From positions 54,091-118,090 of the forward strand of contig JBAZQK010000001.1 of assembly GCA_041645215.1 (NCBI GenBank): a DNA stretch of 64,000 nucleotides, given 5' to 3'. Each line of letters opens with the position of its first letter. Position 1 is the stretch's first letter. Below are positions 55,496-64,000 of the stretch, in pieces. Both the position numbers and the translations under genes were made by a program. This DNA comes from Patescibacteria group bacterium. GTDB lineage: Bacteria; Patescibacteriota; Patescibacteriia; Veblenbacterales; UBA10138. Below the pieces are notes generated by a model. The model searched no databases. It was not told where the DNA came from and worked only from the letters and a program-made list of their open reading frames with translations.

Positions 55496-58471
55496 GTGCT
55501 AACCGATATTAAATCAAAACTTAATCAATTGCTGTGGGCCGTGGTGGGCCAAAAACGGCGGCTTTATGTTGTGCCGCTGATAGCGGCCGGAATATCAGCT
55601 TTGTTACTAGTTGTGCCACTGCCGGCCTATGCCAGTTTATGGTCGTTGTTAGCGGAGTTAGTCTTATGGATTGCCAAGTTGATCGGCGGGTTGGTAATAA
55701 CTTTGATTGATATTTTAATACAGATTGTTCAGTATAATGATTTTATCAACGCGCCGGCGGTAAGTAAGGGGTGGGTAATAGTGCGCGATGTGGTGAATAT
55801 GTTTGTGATTGTGCTGATGCTGGTAATCGCCTTTGCCACCACTTTTCGCATTGAGGAGTATCAATATAAAAAACTATTAAGCAGACTGCTGATAATGTCG
55901 GTGCTGGTCAATTTTTCCAAAATGCTGACCGGCTTTTTTATTGATTTTGCCCAAGTGATAATGCTCACCTTTGTCAATGGTTTTAAAGAGGCGGCGGCCG
56001 GTAATTTTGTCAACGGTTTTAAAATTCAAGCTATGTATGATTTCGCGCAAAATACGGATGCCGCCGGAAAAGCTGACTCTGGTGATTTTTTGGTGGCCGC
56101 GCTGTTGGCGCTGATAAGTTTGACAATAACTTTGGTTGTGGTGGGGGTTTATGTGGTGGTGTTTTTGCTAAGAATTGTGTTTTTATGGATGCTAATCATT
56201 CTTTCGCCAATGGCTTTTGTGCTGTCGGCGTTTCCCGGGCAAGCTAAAAAATATTCTACCGAGTGGTGGGAATATTTTGGCAAATATTTAACTGCCGGCC
56301 CGATTCTGGCGTTCTTTTTATGGCTTAGCTTGGCGGTAATGCAGTTTGATAGCAGCGCCTTTGGCACAGCTTTTAAGGCAGAAACCAAAGAAACCGCCGG
56401 GGTGGGCACAGTGGCGAGCAGTGGCGCCGTGGGCGCTTCCATTTCTGCATTTGGTCAGTCTGATGTTTTGCTGTCGTTTATTATTAACATAATTTTATTG
56501 CTGGGCGGATTATGGATGACGCAGAAACTAGGCGTGGCCGGCGGCAAGCTGGCCGGGGCGGCTTTAGCCAAAATCCAATCCGCCGGCGCTTCAATCGCCA
56601 AAGCGCCATTCAAGCCAGTAGGATTTCTCGCCAGTCGTGTCTGGGGCACGGCTAAATACAATTGGAATTTGGCTACTTCAAAGTTGATGGAGGGGCATGA
56701 AGGCAAAAAAGTGGGAATTTTAAGGAAAGCGGCCTTTGCGGTTCTTAACCCAGTGGCTGCCGCCCGCGGTTGGGAAGCCCGTACTGAAGAGATAGAAAAA
56801 CAAGCACAGGAGATAGCCGGCGCTTATGGACGTGAAGTTACAGAGCAGTTCCGTACCGGCGGTAAGCTCAAGATGCCGTATGCCACTTTTACCGAAAGAC
56901 GGCACGAAGACGAGTTTCAGAAGGAATATCAGAATATGACTAAAGAAGAATTCATGGAAACTGCCCTTAATACCGAAAATTTGGGTGGTCTAGAGGGTAA
57001 ACGCCGTAGGCGCGCCATAGTGAAGTCAGCTGCTTCACAAGGGTATCTAGATGATATTATGCGTTTGGGCCACTTTGCCAATAAATACGGCAAGGCTGAT
57101 GGGACTGTATATGATGACGAGACTTTGGATAACTTTCTTTATGGCTACATGGGGCATGACCAGGAAAGTATGCGCGTGATGACGACTGACCTAGAACACC
57201 TTGGTAAGGGTACCCATCATTGGGAGTATCTCGGGCATGCTTATTTTGACCCCAAGTCCGGCGCTTACCATCGTGGCTACAACGTGAAAAGTAAGGATGA
57301 AAAAGGTAATGACGTCCTAGAGAATACTTGGCAGAAAGAATATTCACGGCAGGAGATTCAGAAGGTTGGTGGCCGTATTCGCGTTCAAGACGCCCCGCAT
57401 AATGAGTTGAGTATTAAAGGTGATATGTGGAAAGAAGGTGAGGAAGATGAAGATGGTAATGTGCATCATGCGGGCGAATTTAAGATTAATAAGGCAGGGA
57501 CCGAAGCTGGTCAAATAGCCGGGTTTAGGTGGGGACACGGCGAAGGAGGTCCTACCGGTTTCCAGCAGTACATAATGAGTGCAACTTCAGATGCTTCTAC
57601 TCTGCGCGATATACACTTTGCTCAAGGTAGAATGAAGGAGGCTATGCTCTCTAAAGAGGTGGATGGAAAGACTGGGGAGGTCATAGTTGATTCAATGGAG
57701 CAACTAGAGAAAATCCAGCATTTGTTTGATGAGATTCCAAATAAAATTTTAAGATTTTACGCCCAACTAGCAGATATTAATGATCTCAAAGAAATAGAGG
57801 CCCTGAGCGGGTTTGTAGTTAGGGTAAAGGACAAAGAAACAGGCCAAGAAACCTCCCATATTATAGGGGAACCAGAACATAAACCTCCTATAGCTGCTGA
57901 AACTGCTGCTAAACTTGCACGGGATAAAAGTATTCCAGGTAAGGATGAAAAGGAATTGGCTCCAAGAGAAAGCGCAGTGGCTGATGTGATCTCTCAAATG
58001 ATGTTGGGGCAGACCAATTCGCTTGATGCAATGGCAGCTGCTCTGGAGGGGAGTAAAAAGTTCGAGGATGGCACTGACTTTAATAAATTAGCAGAACAGG
58101 TCGTGGGGGCATGGTCGAGCAAACGACAAGAGTTTTTCGAGCCGAATGATTTAATGGGCCAGTTTGCTGGCAGGGGTGTTATGGGTAAAGATATGGTTGA
58201 TTTTGTTAAAGAAATTAAATCGGCAATTGTGCGGGGTTTCCTTGATGCTGCTATGATAAAAAAGCATGGGATTAGTAGTGATGATACTGTTAAGTTAATT
58301 AGGAACGCAGTGAGGTCTAAGATTTTCCCCGACCCCGAGAAACCAAATGAGGCCAGGGCTGGCAGGCAGAAGATTGAGTTCAGCGAACAGGAATTGGGAC
58401 AGTTACAGCCGCAGATTGATCTGACTATTCGTTCCTTCCTTCCTTTAGCTCCCTCCCAATCTTCTCCTTAG
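55496..58471 (+). CDS. VirB6/TrbL-like polytopic membrane protein with a roughly 600-aa hydrophilic C-terminal extension.
   Basis: The N-terminal 380 aa have six or seven TM helices with a VirB6/TcpH-like layout. The C-terminal part is charged and soluble. The position between the surface protein and the VirB3/VirB4 genes fits T4SS organisation. Confidence 0.45.
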   Translation: MLTDIKSKLNQLLWAVVGQKRRLYVVPLIAAGISALLLVVPLPAYASLWSLLAELVLWIAKLIGGLVITLIDILIQIVQYNDFINAPAVSKGWVIVRDVVNMFVIVLMLVIAFATTFRIEEYQYKKLLSRLLIMSVLVNFSKMLTGFFIDFAQVIMLTFVNGFKEAAAGNFVNGFKIQAMYDFAQNTDAAGKADSGDFLVAALLALISLTITLVVVGVYVVVFLLRIVFLWMLIILSPMAFVLSAFPGQAKKYSTEWWEYFGKYLTAGPILAFFLWLSLAVMQFDSSAFGTAFKAETKETAGVGTVASSGAVGASISAFGQSDVLLSFIINIILLLGGLWMTQKLGVAGGKLAGAALAKIQSAGASIAKAPFKPVGFLASRVWGTAKYNWNLATSKLMEGHEGKKVGILRKAAFAVLNPVAAARGWEARTEEIEKQAQEIAGAYGREVTEQFRTGGKLKMPYATFTERRHEDEFQKEYQNMTKEEFMETALNTENLGGLEGKRRRRAIVKSAASQGYLDDIMRLGHFANKYGKADGTVYDDETLDNFLYGYMGHDQESMRVMTTDLEHLGKGTHHWEYLGHAYFDPKSGAYHRGYNVKSKDEKGNDVLENTWQKEYSRQEIQKVGGRIRVQDAPHNELSIKGDMWKEGEEDEDGNVHHAGEFKINKAGTEAGQIAGFRWGHGEGGPTGFQQYIMSATSDASTLRDIHFAQGRMKEAMLSKEVDGKTGEVIVDSMEQLEKIQHLFDEIPNKILRFYAQLADINDLKEIEALSGFVVRVKDKETGQETSHIIGEPEHKPPIAAETAAKLARDKSIPGKDEKELAPRESAVADVISQMMLGQTNSLDAMAAALEGSKKFEDGTDFNKLAEQVVGAWSSKRQEFFEPNDLMGQFAGRGVMGKDMVDFVKEIKSAIVRGFLDAAMIKKHGISSDDTVKLIRNAVRSKIFPDPEKPNEARAGRQKIEFSEQELGQLQPQIDLTIRSFLPLAPSQSSP

Positions 58472-58541
58472 AAAATTTTTTATGATAGCTGTTTTGTGAC
58501 CCCCATTTATTTGTTATCAAATTAGAATCAAGGTTATAATT

Positions 58542-60539
58542 ATGACGCAATTACGGCGGTTAGACGACCTGCGGTATATTGACCCTCAAGAGCTTAATCA
58601 ACCTGCAGTTTTACAGCAGGTGACGGCCTTGACACGGGATTCTTATACTACTTACGAAGCTGATGAGATTGATTCGGCTATTTTGTCACTTGAGCAAGCG
58701 GTGGAATTGGTGGATGACGAGCTGGGTAAAAATTGGAAACTACGCCCTAGTTATGAAAAACTGTTGGCGCTGTTACGTTTTGGGCTTTTAATAGTTCGTT
58801 TTAGCGAGAAAGATGTTCGTGAGGTGTTGACTGGCAATCTGATTTTTTTTCTCAAAGAGGAACCGGATTTGCGGGAGCGTTTCCGCAGCTTGGTCTTTGT
58901 GCAGGGTGACTATAATATGGCTAAGCGCAAGGAACTGCTGAACATTTTGACCGTTAATCGTGAGCAGCTGGCCGGACACACTGTTGAGGAGTGGCTTAAG
59001 GACTACAACAACACAGTAGGTGCTAGTCAGAGAGGTGGGTTAACCCAGGTGAGCTATTTGAACCAAAGTCAGTTGGCAAAATCCTTGCATACCACCGAAG
59101 ATAGGGAAATTTTACTGAACCTTTTGCAAACCTATGATTGGCTTAGAGAGGGTGGCGCTTTGCCAGTTGAACTTATTGTGCCAGAACGTAAGTTAACCGC
59201 GGTCGGCCGTGAGCGTGTGCCGCACGCTGCAACCGTTGTTACTGGTAAACCTGAGGCCGATATTATTGCGCCAGCGTCTAATGCTTCACCAGTGACTGTC
59301 TCTGCTCCAGTTGCCTTAGCAAAGCCGCTCGCCGTCTCGGCTACTCCAGTAGCCACCCCGCCTGTCGAGGTTACCCGATCAACTTTCGTGCCGCCGCTTA
59401 AGCCGGTGCCGCAGGTGATGAAGTCCGCCCAGCCCGCGTTTTTGTTTGATGAGACGGATGAGCGGGAAGCAGACCGCTATCGCGAGCAAATGGCAAATAG
59501 CAAATGGCGAATGGCAGGAAGTCTAGAAGGTAAACTTAGGACTAGAGCCGAGGAAGTGGTTAAGGAGCGTAATTTCAGTTTTAAGGACGAGGTTAGCCAT
59601 AAGCGGTTTGTGCAGTTGTTTGTGTCGTTTTTGAAAGATGTGCGGGATGTTATTGAGACGCGGGAAATGCTGCTTAAAAGTACGGATAGCGGCGGACTTG
59701 GTTTAACCAGCGACAAAACCGAGAAAGTTATGGAGATTTTAGAGCAAGCGAAGAAGGAGTTTGAATCAAGAATTAAGAATCAAGAATTAAGAACAGAAGA
59801 GACAAAGCCGTTAGATTCTTCAGCCGATAGCCCTCGGTTTCAGAATGACAAAGTGAAGCAGGTTGATATAACATCTAAACCCAAAACCGAGTTGGATAAG
59901 ATGATTGAGGCCGAGGCAGTAGCACTGGAACACTTAAACACCCCAAAGAACGTCACTGGAGTGACGTCTACGGGGCAGGCTGGAACACTGGAACAAAAGA
60001 GTGAGATTCTTCACTCCGTTCAGAATGACAAGACGAGGCAGAATCTAGAAATTAATCCAGAAAAATTAGAAGTTACCAGACAACAGATTTTGCAGGAAAT
60101 CGTGGGGAAAATTGAAGCTGAAAAACCTCAAGCAGTAGGTTCGATAGAGTTGCGCACTACTGGGCAAGAGGGAGCAACGCGTCCGCGGTTAATGGATATT
60201 AAAGCCCCGCCCCGTGTGTTAGGGCCGGTGGAGGAGTTAAGAACCTTATCAATGGTTGATTTTCGTCGCTTAGCTAAAGAGCCGGTTGAGGTCTTAAATA
60301 AAATTAGTAAAAAAATTGATATTATTGGTGAAACTTCAGTGGGCAAGCGGGTGGAGGCGGTGCGGGCTTGGCAAAATTCGCCGGTATATCAGTTGTATTT
60401 AAAAATTGGCCGCCAAAGCATTGATAGTGGCAAATCAGTGGTTGATATAATTGCGGAATATACCAGCCAAGGGGAAGTTGTTTTGAGCGAGGGTGAGTTC
60501 AACGCCATTGTTGATTTTAATGAACGGATCAGATTCTAG
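58542..60539 (+). CDS. Hypothetical T4SS-associated protein of 665 aa, hydrophilic and coiled-coil-rich.
   Basis: No motif I recognise. It contains an in-frame GAATTAA-type repeat tract at 59760-59800. Confidence 0.35.
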   Translation: MTQLRRLDDLRYIDPQELNQPAVLQQVTALTRDSYTTYEADEIDSAILSLEQAVELVDDELGKNWKLRPSYEKLLALLRFGLLIVRFSEKDVREVLTGNLIFFLKEEPDLRERFRSLVFVQGDYNMAKRKELLNILTVNREQLAGHTVEEWLKDYNNTVGASQRGGLTQVSYLNQSQLAKSLHTTEDREILLNLLQTYDWLREGGALPVELIVPERKLTAVGRERVPHAATVVTGKPEADIIAPASNASPVTVSAPVALAKPLAVSATPVATPPVEVTRSTFVPPLKPVPQVMKSAQPAFLFDETDEREADRYREQMANSKWRMAGSLEGKLRTRAEEVVKERNFSFKDEVSHKRFVQLFVSFLKDVRDVIETREMLLKSTDSGGLGLTSDKTEKVMEILEQAKKEFESRIKNQELRTEETKPLDSSADSPRFQNDKVKQVDITSKPKTELDKMIEAEAVALEHLNTPKNVTGVTSTGQAGTLEQKSEILHSVQNDKTRQNLEINPEKLEVTRQQILQEIVGKIEAEKPQAVGSIELRTTGQEGATRPRLMDIKAPPRVLGPVEELRTLSMVDFRRLAKEPVEVLNKISKKIDIIGETSVGKRVEAVRAWQNSPVYQLYLKIGRQSIDSGKSVVDIIAEYTSQGEVVLSEGEFNAIVDFNERIRF

Positions 60540-60599
60540 AATTATGAATCAAGAATTAGGAATTAAGAATAATACAGCAAAAATAAAAACATTTACAGT

Positions 60600-61001
60600 A
60601 TGGAAACTCAAAACTCAAATCGCAAAAGTCAAAACCACAACGTAAAAGCTAAAAGTGATTTAAAACACAGATGTTATTATTATTCCATTAATATCATTAA
60701 GTTTTTAAAAACCCTGCCTAATGATAAAGTATACTGGAGCATATCAGACCAGCTATTAAGGAGTGCCACTAGTATTGGAGCCAATGTAATTGAGGCAAAA
60801 TCAGCCAGTTCCAGAAGAGATTTCATTAAATTTTATGACATTGCCCTAAAGAGCGCCAATGAAACCAAATATTGGTTAGCCTTAATGAGAGACGCTCTTG
60901 GCATAACCGCAATCCAGGTTAATCCTTTGTTGATTGAAGTTGAAGAACTATCTAATATTTTAGCCGCCAGCTTGTTAACCTTAAAGAACAAAAGACAATG
61001 A
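60600..61001 (+). CDS. Four-helix-bundle protein (23S rRNA intervening-sequence protein/Avd-like family), divergent copy.
   Basis: LLRSATSIGANVIEAKSASSRRDFIKFYDIALKSANETKYWLALMRD matches the family core (compare the copy at 62693). It is flanked by the inverted repeat caaaaccacaacgtaaaag / cttttgcgttgtggttttg. Confidence 0.65.
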   Translation: METQNSNRKSQNHNVKAKSDLKHRCYYYSINIIKFLKTLPNDKVYWSISDQLLRSATSIGANVIEAKSASSRRDFIKFYDIALKSANETKYWLALMRDALGITAIQVNPLLIEVEELSNILAASLLTLKNKRQ

Positions 61002-61017
61002 TTTTTACTTTTGCGTT

Positions 61018-61512
61018 GTGGTTTTGAGATTTGACTTTTTAGTTTTAACTTTTCCTACTGTGCAACAATTCGTCGTGCCCCAATTTATAGACGTTGAGGA
61101 TAAAATTTTTGGCCCCATAACCACGCGGCAATTCATTATTTTGTTAGTGGGGGCGTTTATTCTTTTTATTGAGTATAAAATATTAGATTTTACCCTGTTT
61201 GTTCTACTGGGGGTAATAACATTGGTAGTTTTTGGAATTTTGGCCTTTTTTAAGATAAATGGTATGCCGGTTCACTATTTTTTGTTAAACTTTACTCAAA
61301 GCTTCAAACGCCCCAAGGTGCGCATTTGGCAAAAGGATATTAATGAGCAAGAGCTTAAACTAAACCTGCATCGCCCCGTGATGGTTACTAAGGCCGTAAC
61401 GGCGCTAAAGCCGCCTTTGGAAAAATCTAAACTCACCCAACTTGGTATGTTGGTTGATACGGGAGGAATGTATAGAGGAGAGGAAGAAGAGATTAGTAAG
61501 AGGAGTAATTAA
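61018..61512 (+). CDS. PrgI/TcpE-like small membrane protein (VirB3 analogue of Gram-positive-type T4SS).
   Basis: KIFGPITTRQFIILLVGAFILFI followed by a second TM helix, the PrgI-family pattern. The true start may be an internal GTG. Confidence 0.5.
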   Translation: MVLRFDFLVLTFPTVQQFVVPQFIDVEDKIFGPITTRQFIILLVGAFILFIEYKILDFTLFVLLGVITLVVFGILAFFKINGMPVHYFLLNFTQSFKRPKVRIWQKDINEQELKLNLHRPVMVTKAVTALKPPLEKSKLTQLGMLVDTGGMYRGEEEEISKRSN

Positions 61513-61532
61513 TGTAAAATGCAAAAATCAAA

Positions 61533-61904
61533 ATGGAAAATGACAAATTAAAATTTAAAAATGAATTCAAGAAAAGATTATATTCTTTTGTACTAAGCTT
61601 AATTAAGTTTATTGAATCTCTATCTAAAGGGGCTGTCAGCGATGTAATGGGTAAGCAATTATTACGCAGTGGCACTAGTATATTGGCCAATTATATAGAG
61701 GCCAATTCAGCCAGTTCCAAAAAAGATTTTATTAACTTTTTTACTCATTCTTTAAAATCAGCTAATGAATCAAAAGTTTGGCTAACACTCTTAAGAGATA
61801 CTAATAAAGGCAGTAAATCAGAGGTTGATTATCTTTTAAATGAATTGATAGAAATAGCTAATATTTTAGCTTCAAGTATATTAACTCTTAAAAACAAAAA
61901 ATAA
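61533..61904 (+). CDS. Four-helix-bundle protein (IVS/Avd-like family), divergent copy.
   Basis: LLRSGTSILANYIEANSASSKKDFINFFTHSLKSANESKVWLTLLRD. It is flanked by inverted aatgtaaa(t)atcaaaaatcaaaat repeats. Confidence 0.65.
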   Translation: MENDKLKFKNEFKKRLYSFVLSLIKFIESLSKGAVSDVMGKQLLRSGTSILANYIEANSASSKKDFINFFTHSLKSANESKVWLTLLRDTNKGSKSEVDYLLNELIEIANILASSILTLKNKK

Positions 61905-61954
61905 TTTTGCATTTTTAATTGTAATTTTGATTTTTGATATTTACATTTTGAATT

Positions 61955-62647
61955 TTGACTATGCCCAAACGCGAATTAGCCGGTAAAAAAAAGTCGCTCC
62001 CGTCAACCACCAGGTACTTGGATATTGGCGAGATTAGGGATGATGCCGTAGTTTTAAGAGATGGCACCTTGCGGGCCGTGTTGATGTGTTCGTCAATTAA
62101 TTTTTCGCTGAAAAGCGATGACGAGCAGAAGGCAATCGTGCAGGGCTATGTAAGTTTTCTTAATTCTTTGGAATTTCCTTTACAAATTGTGGCCCAATCG
62201 CGCAAATTAAATATTGACGGGTATTTGGCCAATTTAAACAACATCGCCAAACAGCAAACTAATGAATTGTTACGGGTGCAGATTAATGATTACACGGCCT
62301 ATATTAAAGAACTAATATCACTGGGCGATATTATGACTAAGCGTTTTTATGTGGTGGTGCCGTATAATCCGGGTAGTGACAAACGCCGCAGCTTTTGGGA
62401 GAGATTTGTTTCCATTTTTTCCGCCGCTAAAGCCGTTAGATTGTCGCGTGATAAATTTAATAAATATTTGGAATCTTTGGAAAGACGGGCTGGTCAGGTA
62501 GAAAGCGGCCTGGCCTCAATGGGTTTAACCGCGGTCCGACTTGATACCCAAAGTTTAATTGAGCTTTATTATACAAGTTACAATCCGGAACTTAGAGAAA
62601 CGGAAAAGTTGGCCGGAATGGATGAGATACAAGTGGAAGCAGATTAA
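61955..62647 (+). CDS. N-terminal roughly 230 aa of a VirB4/TcpF/PrgJ-like T4SS ATPase, separated from the rest of the gene.
   Basis: RDGTLRAVLMCSSINFSLKSDDEQKAIVQGYVSFLNSLEFPLQIVAQSRKLNIDGYLANL ... TKRFYVVVPYNPG aligns with the N-terminal region of Gram-positive VirB4-like ATPases (the TcpF/PrgJ pattern). The ORF stops at 62647 and homology continues in the ORF starting at 63147. Confidence 0.65.
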   Translation: MTMPKRELAGKKKSLPSTTRYLDIGEIRDDAVVLRDGTLRAVLMCSSINFSLKSDDEQKAIVQGYVSFLNSLEFPLQIVAQSRKLNIDGYLANLNNIAKQQTNELLRVQINDYTAYIKELISLGDIMTKRFYVVVPYNPGSDKRRSFWERFVSIFSAAKAVRLSRDKFNKYLESLERRAGQVESGLASMGLTAVRLDTQSLIELYYTSYNPELRETEKLAGMDEIQVEAD

Positions 62648-62692
62648 AATGACAAAATAGAATTACGAATACCGAATCATGAATAGCGAATT

Positions 62693-63079
62693 ATGAATAA
62701 AACCAGCGATACCATAAAGTCTTTTACTGATTTAAATAGTTGGCGCGAAGCCCACCAACTAGTTTTGCTGGTTTATCAGGCGACTGGCAGTTTTCCTAAA
62801 GAGGAATTATTTGGTTTAACCAATCAAATTAGGCGCGCCGCAGTTTCAATTACTTCCAATATAGCTGAAGGATTTAGTCGTCAAAGTTATTCTGAAAAAG
62901 TGCATTTCTATTCTATCGCTCAAGGTTCTTTAACCGAAGTTCAAAATCAGTTGCTGATTGCTCGCGATATTGGTTATATAAAGATAAATTCTTTTACGGT
63001 TTTAGCTGACCAATCAATCGCTGCTCATAAGACGCTTAGCGGATTAATAAAAAAATCTAAAACTATTCGTGATTCGTGA
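62693..63079 (+). CDS. Four-helix-bundle protein (23S rRNA IVS protein/Avd-like), canonical copy.
   Basis: WREAHQLVLLVYQATGSFPKEELFGLTNQIRRAAVSITSNIAEGFSRQSYSEKVHFYSIAQGSLTEVQNQLLIARDIGYI is a textbook member of the family. Confidence 0.85.
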   Translation: MNKTSDTIKSFTDLNSWREAHQLVLLVYQATGSFPKEELFGLTNQIRRAAVSITSNIAEGFSRQSYSEKVHFYSIAQGSLTEVQNQLLIARDIGYIKINSFTVLADQSIAAHKTLSGLIKKSKTIRDS

Positions 63080-63146
63080 TTCGCTATTCGGAGTATTATA
63101 ATTTTACATTCTAACTTTTGACTTACCTTTGATATTTACATTTTAA

Positions 63147-64000
63147 ATTTTCTATCATGGCTATTTCTCCGGAAAAATTTGAAAGTGATTTACAAAAATC
63201 AGCCACTACCCGGGCGGCGCCCGCGGCAGCGGGAGAGGTGTCGGCTCGCCAGCTATTAGAGGCGGAGCGCATATTGCGCCAAGGTACGGTAAAAATAAGG
63301 GAATTAATCGCGCCGGCTTCATTCAAAGTTACGCCTGATCATGTTGAGTTAAACAATTTTTTTGTTAGAACTTTATTTGTTTTGACATATCCGCGTTATA
63401 TTTCTTTAGGCTGGTTTGCGCCTATCGTGAACTTGAATTTTGCGCTTGACATCGGAATGTACTTTTATTTGGTGCCCAGCGAAATTATTCTAAAACAATT
63501 GCGCAATAAAGTGGGCGCTCTGGAAGCGCAAATAATGGCCGACCACGAAAAAGGCGCGCCCCGCGACCCGGTGCGGGAGACCGCCCTGCAAGACATTGAA
63601 CAGTTGCGCGACAGCCTTACCCAGGGTTCGGAGAAATTTTTTCAGTTTGCTTTATATGTAACTTTATACGCCCCTAGCCTTAAAGAACTGGATAAGATTA
63701 CCGAGGAAGTGGAAAGTTTGTTCGGCTCTAAATTAATATATTCCCGTCGCGCTTTATGGCAGACGGAGCAGGGTTTTAATTCCACCTTGCCACTCGGTAA
63801 TGATGAATTGCAGATTTACTTTAATATGAATTCCTCGCCGATTGCTTCGTCTTTCCCGTTTACCTCGTCCGAACTTACCAGCGACAACGGAATTATGTAT
63901 GGCATTAACCGCCATAATAACTCGTTAATTTTATTTGATCGCTTTAGTTTGCAGAACGCCAACATGGTGGTATTTGCCACCTCGGGCGCTGGTAAAAGTT
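63147..64000 (+). CDS. VirB4/TcpF-like T4SS ATPase, central part up to the Walker A motif. It is open at the window end and absent from the ORF track because no stop is reached.
   Basis: The frame opens at ATG 63147 and runs to the window edge. LNNFFVRTLFVLTYPRYISLGWFAPIV and ...FPFTSSELTSDNGIMYGINRHNNSLILFDRFSLQNANMVVFATSGAGKS match the VirB4 signature preceding and including Walker A. Confidence 0.8.

Noticed and set aside
60540-63146. Diversity-generating retroelement (the four-helix-bundle proteins are Avd homologues).
   Set aside because: No reverse transcriptase gene and no template/variable repeat pair recognisable in the window. I keep it only as a hypothesis to test outside the window.

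Overview
This 64-kb window looks like a small, gene-dense, AT-rich bacterial genome, probably Candidate Phyla Radiation/Patescibacteria. I infer that from the gene content: CPR-type pilin paralogues, PilT, four-helix-bundle 'intervening sequence' proteins, a Gram-positive-like T4SS core, and many short GC-rich hairpin repeats. Housekeeping genes are interleaved with accessory regions.

Housekeeping genes recognised: GalU, MurB, PNPase with rpsO, LeuS, KsgA, TsaC, LspA, DksA-like, ComM, a LysM-M23 peptidase, PilT, and tRNA-Ser/Gly/Phe/Pro/Lys/Arg/His/Arg.

Accessory content, in order:
- 0.4-2.4 kb: a membrane glycosyltransferase plus a Dpm1-like GT2.
- 2.4-5.9 kb: four tandem pilin paralogues carrying the W-MTAAGNEEK motif, each with a different disulfide-rich C-terminal module; one is a double-pilin fusion.
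- 18.8-21.8 kb: tRNA-His with two nested partial copies bracketing a HTH-Doc/Fic pair and two TPM-domain genes.
- 24.4-27.3 kb: a tRNA-Arg followed by a miniature-inverted-repeat (MITE) copy, a tyrosine recombinase and a low-GC cargo gene.
- 36.2-40.1 kb: a 1288-aa LeuS with three inserted domains (alpha/beta hydrolase, Nudix, unknown).
- 43.7-64 kb: the most striking locus, a T4SS-like island. It has a Ca-binding-repeat membrane protein, a 3441-aa Cys-rich secreted giant protein, a VirB6/TrbL-like protein with a long tail, a 665-aa unknown, a PrgI/VirB3-like protein and a VirB4/TcpF-like ATPase. The ATPase gene is physically split into two ORFs by an inserted four-helix-bundle (Avd/IVS-like) gene cassette. 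Two more such cassettes sit between neighbouring T4SS genes.

Several dispersed repeat families recur throughout (MITEs and short hairpins):
- a MITE with cccagtata... termini
- gatatttacatttt elements with a ccgccaaaggcgg hairpin
- GAATTAA heptamer tracts
- CCCCGCTAAGCGGGG and CTACGGGG modules around tRNAs
- tcctcccaaggagga hairpins

Nearly every tRNA has a degenerate partial duplicate beside it.

All functional calls come from motif-level reading of the translated ORFs. None were verified by database search.
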